A stretch of 64,000 nucleotides of DNA from an uncultured Candidatus Rokubacteria bacterium (GTDB lineage Bacteria; Methylomirabilota; Methylomirabilia; Rokubacteriales; CSP1-6), in assembly GCA_963754315.1 (NCBI GenBank), contig CAVWFS010000006.1:160001-224000 (forward strand), written 5' to 3'. The notes under the pieces are model-generated. The model searched no databases and was not told where the DNA came from. It saw nothing but the letters and a program-made list of their open reading frames with translations. The first letter of the stretch is position 1. The number at the start of each line of letters is the position of its first letter. Shown here one piece after another: positions 56,179-64,000 of this stretch. The position numbers and the translations under genes are program-made.

Positions 56179-57308
56179 CCTGGAGCGGGCCAGGACCCCT
56201 TCTCCCGGTGCCGCTCGAGGGCGAGCTCGACGAGTCGCTCGATCAACTGACCGTAGTCGAGGCCGCTCGCTTCCCAGAGCCGCGCGTAGGCACTGGTGGA
56301 GGTGAAGCCGGGAATGGTGTTGATCTCATTCACGAGGGGTCGATCGCCCTCGAGAAAGAAGTCTACCCGCGCCATGCCAGCGCAATCGATCGCGCGGAAG
56401 GCCGCCAGCGCGAGGTCTTGGATGCGCGCGGTGAGCGCAGGGTCGAGGGGCGCCGGCACGACGAGACGAGCCTGACCCTCCACATACTTCGTCGTGTAGT
56501 CATACCACTCCGCATCGTAGCGGACCTCGCCAGGCACGGAGGCCACCGGGGCATCGTTACCGAGCACGCTGACCTCGACCTCGCGCGCCTTCACGGCCCG
56601 TTCCACCAGAATCTTGCGGTCATGACGCGCCGCCTCCTCGATGGCGGCGGCGAGGAAGACGCCCTCGCGGACCTTGCTGATGCCGACACTGGAGCCGAGG
56701 TTGGATGGCTTGACGAAGCAGGGGAAGCCGATCGTCTCGGCCACGCGCCTCTCGACCACCGACGGCGAGGCTCGCCATTCGTGCCGCAGGACCATCAGGT
56801 ACTCGACCACCGGCAGGCCGTGGGCCACGAACACCGCCTTCATGGTCACCTTGTCCATCCCGACGGCCGAGGCGAGCACACCGGCTCCCACATAGGGCAG
56901 ATCTGCCATCTCCAGCAGCCCCTGCACGGTACCGTCCTCACCGTATGGGCCATGGAGCATGATCACGACCGCGTCGAGTCCGTGCCGGAGCTCGACTGGA
57001 AGGCCTCCGGCCGGTTCGTGGCGCACGAGGGCGGACGAGGTCGCCGCCTGCCCCTCCGCTCGGTCCGCGAGCGCCTTCTTGACCGACCCGGTTGGATCGC
57101 CGCTGGGCAGCCCCACACGAGCCTCCGCGGCCAGCGCTCCCAGCACGTCCCCCCCAACGGTCCAGCGCCCGTCACGGGCGATGCCAATGGGAACCACCGT
57201 GTGTCCAGAACGCTCGAGAGCGGCCATGACGGAAGCGGCCGACGCGAGCGACACCTCGTGCTCTCCGGAGCGACCGCCGAATATCACACCGATTCGCCGC
57301 GACACCAT
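56175..57308 (-). CDS. ddl: D-alanine--D-alanine ligase
   Basis: FGGRSGEHEVSL, LHGPYGEDG, MDK, VKPSNLGSSVGISKV, YDYTTKY, ARVDFF, NEINTIPGFT. Confidence 0.96.
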   Translation of the reverse strand: MVSRRIGVIFGGRSGEHEVSLASAASVMAALERSGHTVVPIGIARDGRWTVGGDVLGALAAEARVGLPSGDPTGSVKKALADRAEGQAATSSALVRHEPAGGLPVELRHGLDAVVIMLHGPYGEDGTVQGLLEMADLPYVGAGVLASAVGMDKVTMKAVFVAHGLPVVEYLMVLRHEWRASPSVVERRVAETIGFPCFVKPSNLGSSVGISKVREGVFLAAAIEEAARHDRKILVERAVKAREVEVSVLGNDAPVASVPGEVRYDAEWYDYTTKYVEGQARLVVPAPLDPALTARIQDLALAAFRAIDCAGMARVDFFLEGDRPLVNEINTIPGFTSTSAYARLWEASGLDYGQLIERLVELALERHREKGSWPAPG

Positions 57309-57483
57309 GGACCGGTATTCTAGCAGGCGCCGTTTCGAGATCGCGCGTGGATTGCGAGGTGACGAGGAGAATCGGCATGCCGCTGGCGAGGAGCGCATCG
57401 GCATGCGCTTCGCCGGTTTGTCCGGCGAGGTGGTGGTCAGCGCGGCGGGATCGACCTTCTCCTTCTGATCTCCGATTGGCTCT

Positions 57484-58186
57484 TTAGACGCGGCGGCGCT
57501 TGCGCCAGGCCCCCGCGGCGACCCCGGCGAGCCCCGTGCCGAGCAGGATCAGCGTGCCGGGCTCGGGGACGGCGGAGGGAGAGGTCGTAAAGTTGCCGAC
57601 GATCAGAGGGCCGAGGTGTTGTTCTCGGCATTCGTCCACGTGTTCGTACCTTGAGTGAACGAGCCGTCTTCTACGACATAGTGCAGGCCGCTGACGGTCA
57701 CGTTGCCGAGCGACCAGGAGAGGTTACTCAAGTCCTGCATCGTCAGCCCGGTGATGATGTCGCTGGACGGATTCGGGGTGTTGACGATGTGGAGGTTGAA
57801 CGCCTCCGAATCGCTCGACGCCTGGGCTCGGTGAACGCGACATTCAAGGTCCACACGGCGTCGAAACTCGACGGGCCGAGGAGAGAGATGATCGGCGTGT
57901 TGGTCCACGTCAACTGCCCGATGACGACGTTGTAGGCGTCGGTCTGCACGTTGATGCTGACGTCCTCTGCCGTCAACGAGCTGGTTCCGAGCAGTCCGAT
58001 GCCCCAACTGAGCTCGGTATCCGCTCCGTTGTCCGTATCCCGAGACCCGGCAATTGAAGCCAGAGATGCAGTTCGACGTGCTCGTGAACTTGCCGTCACT
58101 CTCTCCGACCACCTGAACGGCCAAGGCCGACGTGGCCAACATGAGGGCAGCGAGGCCTGTCACCAGGGCAGCCGGAGCGGAGCCAT
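57484..58186 (-). CDS. PEP-CTERM sorting domain surface protein (choice-of-anchor-K-like); 3-4 frameshifts, start uncertain
   Basis: Signal peptide ..ALVTGLAALMLATSALA, Ser/Thr/Asn-rich beta-type body (LSWG, GQLTWTNTPI), C-terminal AVPEPGTLILLGTGLAGVAAGAWRKRRRV* in a frame not shown in the ORF track. Confidence 0.85.
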
Positions 58187-58238
58187 CAGAGGTCCGAACG
58201 GGAGGTTGAGACGCAGATTCAGCATGCATCTGCACATG

Positions 58239-58448
58239 GCAATGACTGGGACCAGATCGAGTGAGTATGTTTTTTCAATGTCTTCTGAAGCATTGCTACC
58301 TAGGGCCCTGGCTGAGTGTAAAAGCGATTGACACCGAGCCTGAGGGCGTTGGTCTGGGACTCGAGCTCGTCCTGGCGCCAATTTGCAAGGGAATCCGGCC
58401 GGGCGACGGCGCCGATACCATGGTCGGCGCTGTCAAGATGTACTGACA
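58239..58448 (-). promoter_or_regulatory. Candidate sigma54 promoter with upstream activator palindromes for the PEP-CTERM gene
   Basis: Minus strand TGTCAATCGCTTTTACA (58333-58317), TGTCA-N8-TGACA (58431-58448), and TGGTCCCAGTCATTGC (58254-58239; GG-N11-GC, one base too long). Confidence 0.45.
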
Positions 58449-58456
58449 CCCTGAGT

Positions 58457-59842
58457 TCAGGGTCGATCTCGCCTCTGCTCGGCTCGCCAGCGGCGCCATT
58501 CTGCGAGGCGCCGGGCCAGCTCCTTCTCAAGCCCTCGGTTGACAGGCCGGTAGTACTGCCGGCCGCTCAGCGACTCTGGAAGGTGTTCCTGGTCAACGAG
58601 CGCGTCAGGGGCGTCATGGGCGTACTGGTAGCCAGCACCGTAGCCGAGTGTGCCCATCAGCTTCGTCGGCGCGTTCCTGAGGTGGAGGGGCACCGGCTCC
58701 GATGGCTTGGAGCGCACGTCCTCCTGCGCTTCGTTGAAGGCCACGTAGGCGGCGTTGGACTTCGGCGCGAGGGCGAGATAGAGCGTGGCCTGGGCAAGGG
58801 CCAGCTCGCCTTCGGGCGAACCCAGAAACTCGTAGGCCTCCTTGGCAGCAAGGGTGAGCCCGAGCGCGGTGGGATCGGCGTTGCCGACATCCTCTGACGC
58901 GAAGCGCACGAGCCGCCGGGCCACGTAGAGCGGATCCTCTCCGGACTCGAGCATGCGGGTCATCCAGTAGAGGGCTCCATCGGGGTCCGAGTCCCGGAGC
59001 GACTTGTGGAGCGCGGAAATGAGGTTGTAGTGCTCTTCGCCCGACTTGTCGTACAGAAGCGTCTTGCGTTGGGCGGCTTCCATGATGCTGGTGTCGGTGA
59101 CTGCACGGCGCCCGTCGGTCTCGGGTGTCAGGTGGGCCGCCAGCTCCACGATGGTGAGGGCCGCCCGGGCGTCGGCGTTGGCCAGGCGGGCGATGAGCTG
59201 CAGAGCTTCCTCGGTCACCTCGACCCTCAGAGCTCCGAGGCCGCGCTCCGCGTCGACCAGAGCCCGCTTCATGATCGTCACGAGCTGGTCCTCGCCGAGG
59301 CCTCGCAGCACGTACACGCGGCAGCGCGAGAGCAGAGCGGCGTTCACCTCGAAGGAAGGGTTCTCGGTCGTGGCGCCGACGAGGATCACGGTACCCTTCT
59401 CAACGTGGGGTAGGAAGGCGTCCTGCTGGGATCGGTTGAAGCGGTGGATCTCGTCCACGAACAGGATCGTGCGAAGGCCGCGGCGATGGCGCTCGTTCTC
59501 AGCCTCGGCAATGACCTCCCGGATCTCCCTCACGCCCGAGAGTACGGCAGAGAACGCCATGAAACGCGCGCCAGCCACGGAGGCCATCAGCGAGGCCAGG
59601 GTGGTTTTGCCCGAGCCGGGCGGTCCCCAAAGGATCATCGAGTGCAGTTGGCCTGTCTCTATGGCCGAGCGCAGGACGCGGCCCGGCCCGAGGAGGTGCT
59701 CCTGGCCGACGATCTCGTCCAGGGTGCGTGGCCGCATCCGGTCGGCCAGGGGGGCTTCCCTGGAGGGCGCTGTCGAGACGGTGGCCTTTCGGGCACGCGC
59801 TGTCGACCGCGCCGGCTCGACGGGCTGCCCGAACAGGTCCAT
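58457..59842 (-). CDS. rarA: Replication-associated recombination protein A (MgsA)
   Basis: PLADRMRP, LWGPPGSGKTT, FVDEIHRFN, GATTENPSF, ISALHKSLR.SDPD, ASEDVG, PLHLRNAPT. Confidence 0.96.
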   Translation of the reverse strand: MDLFGQPVEPARSTARARKATVSTAPSREAPLADRMRPRTLDEIVGQEHLLGPGRVLRSAIETGQLHSMILWGPPGSGKTTLASLMASVAGARFMAFSAVLSGVREIREVIAEAENERHRRGLRTILFVDEIHRFNRSQQDAFLPHVEKGTVILVGATTENPSFEVNAALLSRCRVYVLRGLGEDQLVTIMKRALVDAERGLGALRVEVTEEALQLIARLANADARAALTIVELAAHLTPETDGRRAVTDTSIMEAAQRKTLLYDKSGEEHYNLISALHKSLRDSDPDGALYWMTRMLESGEDPLYVARRLVRFASEDVGNADPTALGLTLAAKEAYEFLGSPEGELALAQATLYLALAPKSNAAYVAFNEAQEDVRSKPSEPVPLHLRNAPTKLMGTLGYGAGYQYAHDAPDALVDQEHLPESLSGRQYYRPVNRGLEKELARRLAEWRRWRAEQRRDRP

Positions 59843-59845
59843 GGG

Positions 59846-60511
59846 TTAGCCAGACTCTCGCAGCTTGGTCAGCAGAGCGGGAAGGTCGCGGAGGTGCTCA
59901 AGGGTTGCAACCGGCGTCACGTTCCAGCGCTCGAGGTCTCGTGGGTTTGTGCGGTAGGCGATGAACGGTACGCCGGCCGCACCCGCGGCGGCCCCGTCCA
60001 CCCACGAATCCCCAACGACGACCGCTTGGGGAGCCTCGAGGGCACCTCCCAAACCTCTGGTCGTCGTTGCGATTTCACAAATCACGCGCCAGCCGTCGGG
60101 GTGGGGCTTGAGCTGCCGCATCTCGTCCCGGGTGACGGTGATGTCGAGGAGCACGTCGAGGCCAAAGCGCGTGAGGGCATGCAGGGTGACCTCGCGTGCG
60201 TTGTTCGTCCACAGCGCGGTGTGGAACCCGGCAGCGCGGGCCCCGGTCACGGCCTCCATGGCGCCCGGTTCGAGCGAGGCGTCTCCCACCGCCTTCCGCT
60301 CGTGGTCGAGCGCGATCGACCAAAGATCGGCCTCCAGGTCAGGCACCTCGGTCTGACAGAGGGCGATCAGCTCACCAACGCGGTAGCGGTCGGGACGAGT
60401 CGGCAGAGGCCGCCACCGGTCCTCCAGGTGGCCGCGCATGTCGAGGGCCATGGCAGCCAGGTCGAGGGGCGAGCGGATGAGTGTGTGGTCGAGGTCGAAG
60501 ACACAGAGCAT
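59846..60511 (-). CDS. HAD-superfamily hydrolase
   Basis: VFDLDHTL, WTNN, KPHPDG, VVGDSWVDG. Confidence 0.88.
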   Translation of the reverse strand: MLCVFDLDHTLIRSPLDLAAMALDMRGHLEDRWRPLPTRPDRYRVGELIALCQTEVPDLEADLWSIALDHERKAVGDASLEPGAMEAVTGARAAGFHTALWTNNAREVTLHALTRFGLDVLLDITVTRDEMRQLKPHPDGWRVICEIATTTRGLGGALEAPQAVVVGDSWVDGAAAGAAGVPFIAYRTNPRDLERWNVTPVATLEHLRDLPALLTKLRESG

Positions 60512-60567
60512 GTGCCGACGGTAGCATAGCGAGCGGCTCGCGAGCGTCCCACGGTAAAATGAAACGC

Positions 60568-62010
60568 ATGAAGCGCCGTGCGCCGGTCCTGGCTGCCCTT
60601 GCCGTGCTGCTGTCGCTTGCTCTCCCGGTGTCGCCAGCGGTCGGGCTCGACGAGCCCGATCGGCTCTGGCTCGTGGGCGAGCGTGCCTTCGCGGACGGCC
60701 TCTATCCTCTGGCGCGCAGTGTCCTCGAGCGCTTCGTGGCGGGCTTCCCGGGCGACCCGCGCATGGCGGAGGCCACGTTCGTCCTCGGCAAGACACGGCT
60801 TGCCCTGGGGGAGCCACAGGCCGCGCTGCTCCTCTTGCGACGGGTACAGACGGTCGACCCCCCACCGCCCTGGCGGGTCGATGCTCGCTTTTGGGAGGGC
60901 GAGGCGCTCTTCCGTCTGAAGAACTATGCGGAAGCCCGTGCCGCGTACGACGATCTGCTGCGCACCAACGCCGCCTCGCCACTCGCCGCCGACGCCCTCT
61001 ACGGGATGGCCTTCGCCGATGTCGAAATGGGTCAGCGAGCCCGCGGCGCCGACGAGTTCGGTGAGTTTCTCAAGACCTGGCCCCAGCATCCGCTTGTCCC
61101 GTCGGCGACGTACAACCAGGCTCGGGTGCTCATCGATCTCAAGCGATCCCCCGAGGCGGTGGCGCTCCTATCGAACTTCGAGACCAGGTTTCCGAACCAC
61201 AAGCTCGCCCCGGACGCGGCGTATTTGCTCGGCGTGGCGCGGGTGCAGAGTGGTGACACCAAAGCCGGCATTGCCGATCTGCGCGCCTTCGTCAGCGCGA
61301 ATCCGTCGCATCCTCAGACGGGGGCGGCGCAGAAGGTCATCAAGGAGACGCTCGGGCGGCCCGGCAGCAAAGAAGAGCTGGCGGCCAGCCACAAGACTCT
61401 GATGGCGGACCGGTCCCCCACGCCGGAGGGATATGCGGAGGCGGCGAACGCCGCCCGCCTCCTGGGCCGGAGCGCCGACCAGGAAGCGGCCTGGCGCAAG
61501 CTTCGCGCGACCTTCCCCGAGCATCCGCTCGGTCGGCAGGCAGCGCTCGAGCTCGCCAATCGCGCGTTCGCGCGCAACGACTGGAAGGAAGCCGCGAGCT
61601 TGGCGCAGGCCGCCAGCGCTGACCCGGCTCTTCGACCGGAAGCGCTCCTCCTGGCTGGGGAATCCGAGCTGAAGCTCAAGCGGTACGCCGCCGCCCTGAA
61701 GGCCTTCGGCGGTGTGACGGCCACCGAGGCCGTGGAGCCGAAGGTGCGCTACCGCGCCGTGGCGGGCTCTGGGATTGCCTACGAGGCCCAGGAGCAGTGG
61801 CGCCCGGCGCTGACGGCGTACGAAGCGGTCGCCGAGCGGAGCCCCGATCCGACCTTGCGGAACTGGGCGCGGGCACGTGCGGCCGAGGTGAGACTGCACG
61901 TCGACAAGCCGCCCGAGAAGGCGACACCGAAGGCGGTGCCGAAGTCGGGATCGAAGTCCGATCCGAAGCCCGGGGCGAAACCGTCGCCCAAATCAGGAGG
62001 AGGCTCGTGA
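60568..62010 (+). CDS. Exported tetratricopeptide-repeat protein (CpoB/BamD-like repeats)
   Basis: Signal peptide; repeated 'F...FP.HP..A.Y' TPR units; Lys/Pro-rich tail. Confidence 0.8.
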   Translation: MKRRAPVLAALAVLLSLALPVSPAVGLDEPDRLWLVGERAFADGLYPLARSVLERFVAGFPGDPRMAEATFVLGKTRLALGEPQAALLLLRRVQTVDPPPPWRVDARFWEGEALFRLKNYAEARAAYDDLLRTNAASPLAADALYGMAFADVEMGQRARGADEFGEFLKTWPQHPLVPSATYNQARVLIDLKRSPEAVALLSNFETRFPNHKLAPDAAYLLGVARVQSGDTKAGIADLRAFVSANPSHPQTGAAQKVIKETLGRPGSKEELAASHKTLMADRSPTPEGYAEAANAARLLGRSADQEAAWRKLRATFPEHPLGRQAALELANRAFARNDWKEAASLAQAASADPALRPEALLLAGESELKLKRYAAALKAFGGVTATEAVEPKVRYRAVAGSGIAYEAQEQWRPALTAYEAVAERSPDPTLRNWARARAAEVRLHVDKPPEKATPKAVPKSGSKSDPKPGAKPSPKSGGGS

Positions 62011-64000
62011 GACTCATCGCGCTTGCGCTCGCTGTCTGGGCGTGGTCAGCGTCGTGGGCCGCTGCCCAACCGGCTGTGATTCCGCTGACCCCGCCGCTGC
62101 CCGAGCTCACGCCTTTGCTCGAGTTCGTGGAGGCTCCCCTCGACAAGCCGGTTGTCCCGATCCCGAACGTCAAGCTTCCCGGACCTCCAGAGAGCTTGCC
62201 TGCGCTGCCCCCGGCCAAGCTCGTGTCCCTTCCAGACAAGGTCACACCGCCCGTGCCGTCGTCGCGCATGCTGGCGTGCGCGGGGACGTGGCTCGGTGTC
62301 GCCTCGGAATCCTACGAGTGCGGGGTGGCTCGGTTTCGCGAAGGAAAGTATGACGAGGCAGCGCGCGATTTGGGGCAAGCCGTGCGCCTGGGCGGTGATC
62401 GTCAGGACCTGATCCGCCTGGCTCGATACTGGCTCGGTGAGAGCTACTGGCGACTCGGACGGCTCGAGCTTGCGGATCGCGCGTTCGGCCAGGTTGCCCA
62501 GACGGGAGGGCGCGACGGCCTCGATCTCTGGGCGCTGCAGGGCAGCGGCTGGACGGCCCTGCGGTTGGGTGACCCTGCGCGTGCGCGTGAGGCCTTCACG
62601 CGGCTCGTGGCGGCGCGGCCGCCCAGCCCGCTGGACGTCTACGGGCTCTTCGGGCTCGCGATGGCCTCGTACGAGCTGGGCAGATACGAGGAGGCGCAAA
62701 AGGCGTGGAGTGAGACCATGGCGCGGCCCCTGCCACCGGCGCTCGCGCGAGACGCGGCTTTCTGGTACGGCGACACCCTTGGGCGAGTCGGACAGTACGA
62801 TCGCGCCACGGCCGAGCTTGGTCGCTTCGTCACTGCCGGTCCGCATCCTCTGCTCGAAACAGGGAAGCTCCGGCTCGGCTGGTGGTTCCTGGCCGGCGGG
62901 AAATACGCGGCCAGCGCGGCCCGGTTGCGCGAGGTGCAGGGGCTCGGCCGTGGGAACGGCCCCGATGAGCGCGACTGGCGGGACGCGGGGCTCGCGCTGG
63001 CCCTGCTCGGCACCGGCGACATCGACGGGGCACGCAACGCTGCCCGAGAGCTCTCGGAGCGCAAGTCGAAGCTGGCGGCGCCCGTCAAGCTCCGGTTGCT
63101 CGATGCCGTGGTCGCCGCGCGTCGCGGTGCGGATGCGGAGGTGCTCGCACAGGAGCTGCTGGCCGGCGATCTCGATTCGGCGACTCGCGCCTGGGTGCTT
63201 CTGCGCAAGGGCGACAGTAGTCGGCTCAACGGGAACATCGACGAGGCGCGCACCCAGTACGAGCTCGCCCGCACTGCCGCCGGGGCCAGCGAGATGGCAC
63301 AGCACGCAGGATTCCGGCTCGCGCAGACGAACTTCGAGTTTCGCGAGTTCGCGCAGGCCGCCACGGAGAGTGGGCAGGTCGCCCTGTCGGCGGCGCCTGC
63401 CGATCTGCGCGCAGCGGCCCTGATTCTGCAGGCCGAGGCCGCCTATGCGGCCGGGGACTATGCCACCGCCGATACGGCGTATGGGAAGCTGCTTGCCGAC
63501 GCGCCCCAGCATCCCGACGCGCCGCTCGTGCGCCTCGCGCAGGCCTGGACGGCCCTCCGGCGCGATCAGCGTGAGCAAGCGCGCCGCCGCTTCACGGAGT
63601 TTGCGACCGCGTATCCGTCGGATCCTCGTCGGGCCGATGCTCTCGTCCTGGCCTCCGAGCTGGCGTTACGAAGCCAGGATGTGAATGCGGCGCGGCGGCT
63701 ACTGGAACAGGTCATCAAGGAGTATCCGACGAGTCCGCGCACGCAATTCGCCCGCTTGAACCTCGCCATCCTCCTTGCCCGCACCGGTGATACCGCTACG
63801 GCCCAGCGCGCGCTGACGGAGTGGTTGGCGCAGTCACCGTTCCCACCCTTGATCGGCCGCGCGCGAACATCGCTCGGCGCCGTGCACCTGGCAGCCAATC
63901 GCCCCGCAGAGGCTGGACGCGAGTTCACCTTGGCCCGCAAGGAGGGAGGGGGAGCGATCGCAGCGCTGGGGCTCGGGACGGTTGCGCTCCGAGAGAACCG
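62007..64000 (+). CDS. Large exported TPR protein (3' truncated by window edge)
   Basis: GTG at 62007 overlaps the previous stop; signal peptide MRLIALALAVWAWSASWA, Pro-rich segment, then TPR units (ARYWLGESY, FWYGDTL); no stop seen before the window end. Confidence 0.75.
   Translation, partial: MRLIALALAVWAWSASWAAAQPAVIPLTPPLPELTPLLEFVEAPLDKPVVPIPNVKLPGPPESLPALPPAKLVSLPDKVTPPVPSSRMLACAGTWLGVASESYECGVARFREGKYDEAARDLGQAVRLGGDRQDLIRLARYWLGESYWRLGRLELADRAFGQVAQTGGRDGLDLWALQGSGWTALRLGDPARAREAFTRLVAARPPSPLDVYGLFGLAMASYELGRYEEAQKAWSETMARPLPPALARDAAFWYGDTLGRVGQYDRATAELGRFVTAGPHPLLETGKLRLGWWFLAGGKYAASAARLREVQGLGRGNGPDERDWRDAGLALALLGTGDIDGARNAARELSERKSKLAAPVKLRLLDAVVAARRGADAEVLAQELLAGDLDSATRAWVLLRKGDSSRLNGNIDEARTQYELARTAAGASEMAQHAGFRLAQTNFEFREFAQAATESGQVALSAAPADLRAAALILQAEAAYAAGDYATADTAYGKLLADAPQHPDAPLVRLAQAWTALRRDQREQARRRFTEFATAYPSDPRRADALVLASELALRSQDVNAARRLLEQVIKEYPTSPRTQFARLNLAILLARTGDTATAQRALTEWLAQSPFPPLIGRARTSLGAVHLAANRPAEAGREFTLARKEGGGAIAALGLGTVALREN

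Noticed and set aside
57361..57410. Short direct repeat GAGGAG..ATCGGCATGC upstream of ddl
   Set aside because: Only two imperfect copies with no other support

Overview
High-GC 64 kb chromosomal window from a diderm (LPS/outer-membrane) bacterium. The gene content and the zinc-ribbon/cyclase/AAA/TPR and cytidylate-kinase-like/BON families suggest Candidatus Rokubacteria (Methylomirabilota); this is an inference, not tested. It is mostly core housekeeping DNA in tightly coupled operons: degQ-like protease, kdsC, galU, pncB-trpCFBA-accD-folC-lptD-degT-ubiA, gltX, glnB-glnE-polA-coaE-rsmA, pal, rnj-ftsK, lolA-yajQ-rimO-pgpA-thpR, recA-recX-alaS, a divergent polyamine cluster (pyruvoyl arginine decarboxylase, speB and a methyltransferase opposite speD-speE), maf, ddl-murG, rarA and TPR genes. 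About 20 single-base frameshifts, several in essential genes, point to an unpolished long-read assembly, so apparent fusions and pseudogenes need caution. I saw no tRNA, rRNA, CRISPR array, transposase or phage gene. The most notable unexplained structure is: (1) a dispersed two-hairpin ~70-90 bp repeat family that forms tandem arrays and also sits in frame inside coding sequences; (2) a mirror-symmetric divergent promoter with a poly-C spacer driving a complete Thermus-like polyamine pathway with a coupled orphan methyltransferase; (3) repeated leaderless-type promoters and non-canonical starts; (4) a PEP-CTERM gene with a candidate sigma54/enhancer region; (5) a degenerate histidine kinase, an internally deleted Na/Pi transporter, a stray kinase gene relic and a Pal with a very long polyproline linker. 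None of these is confirmed as a new system.
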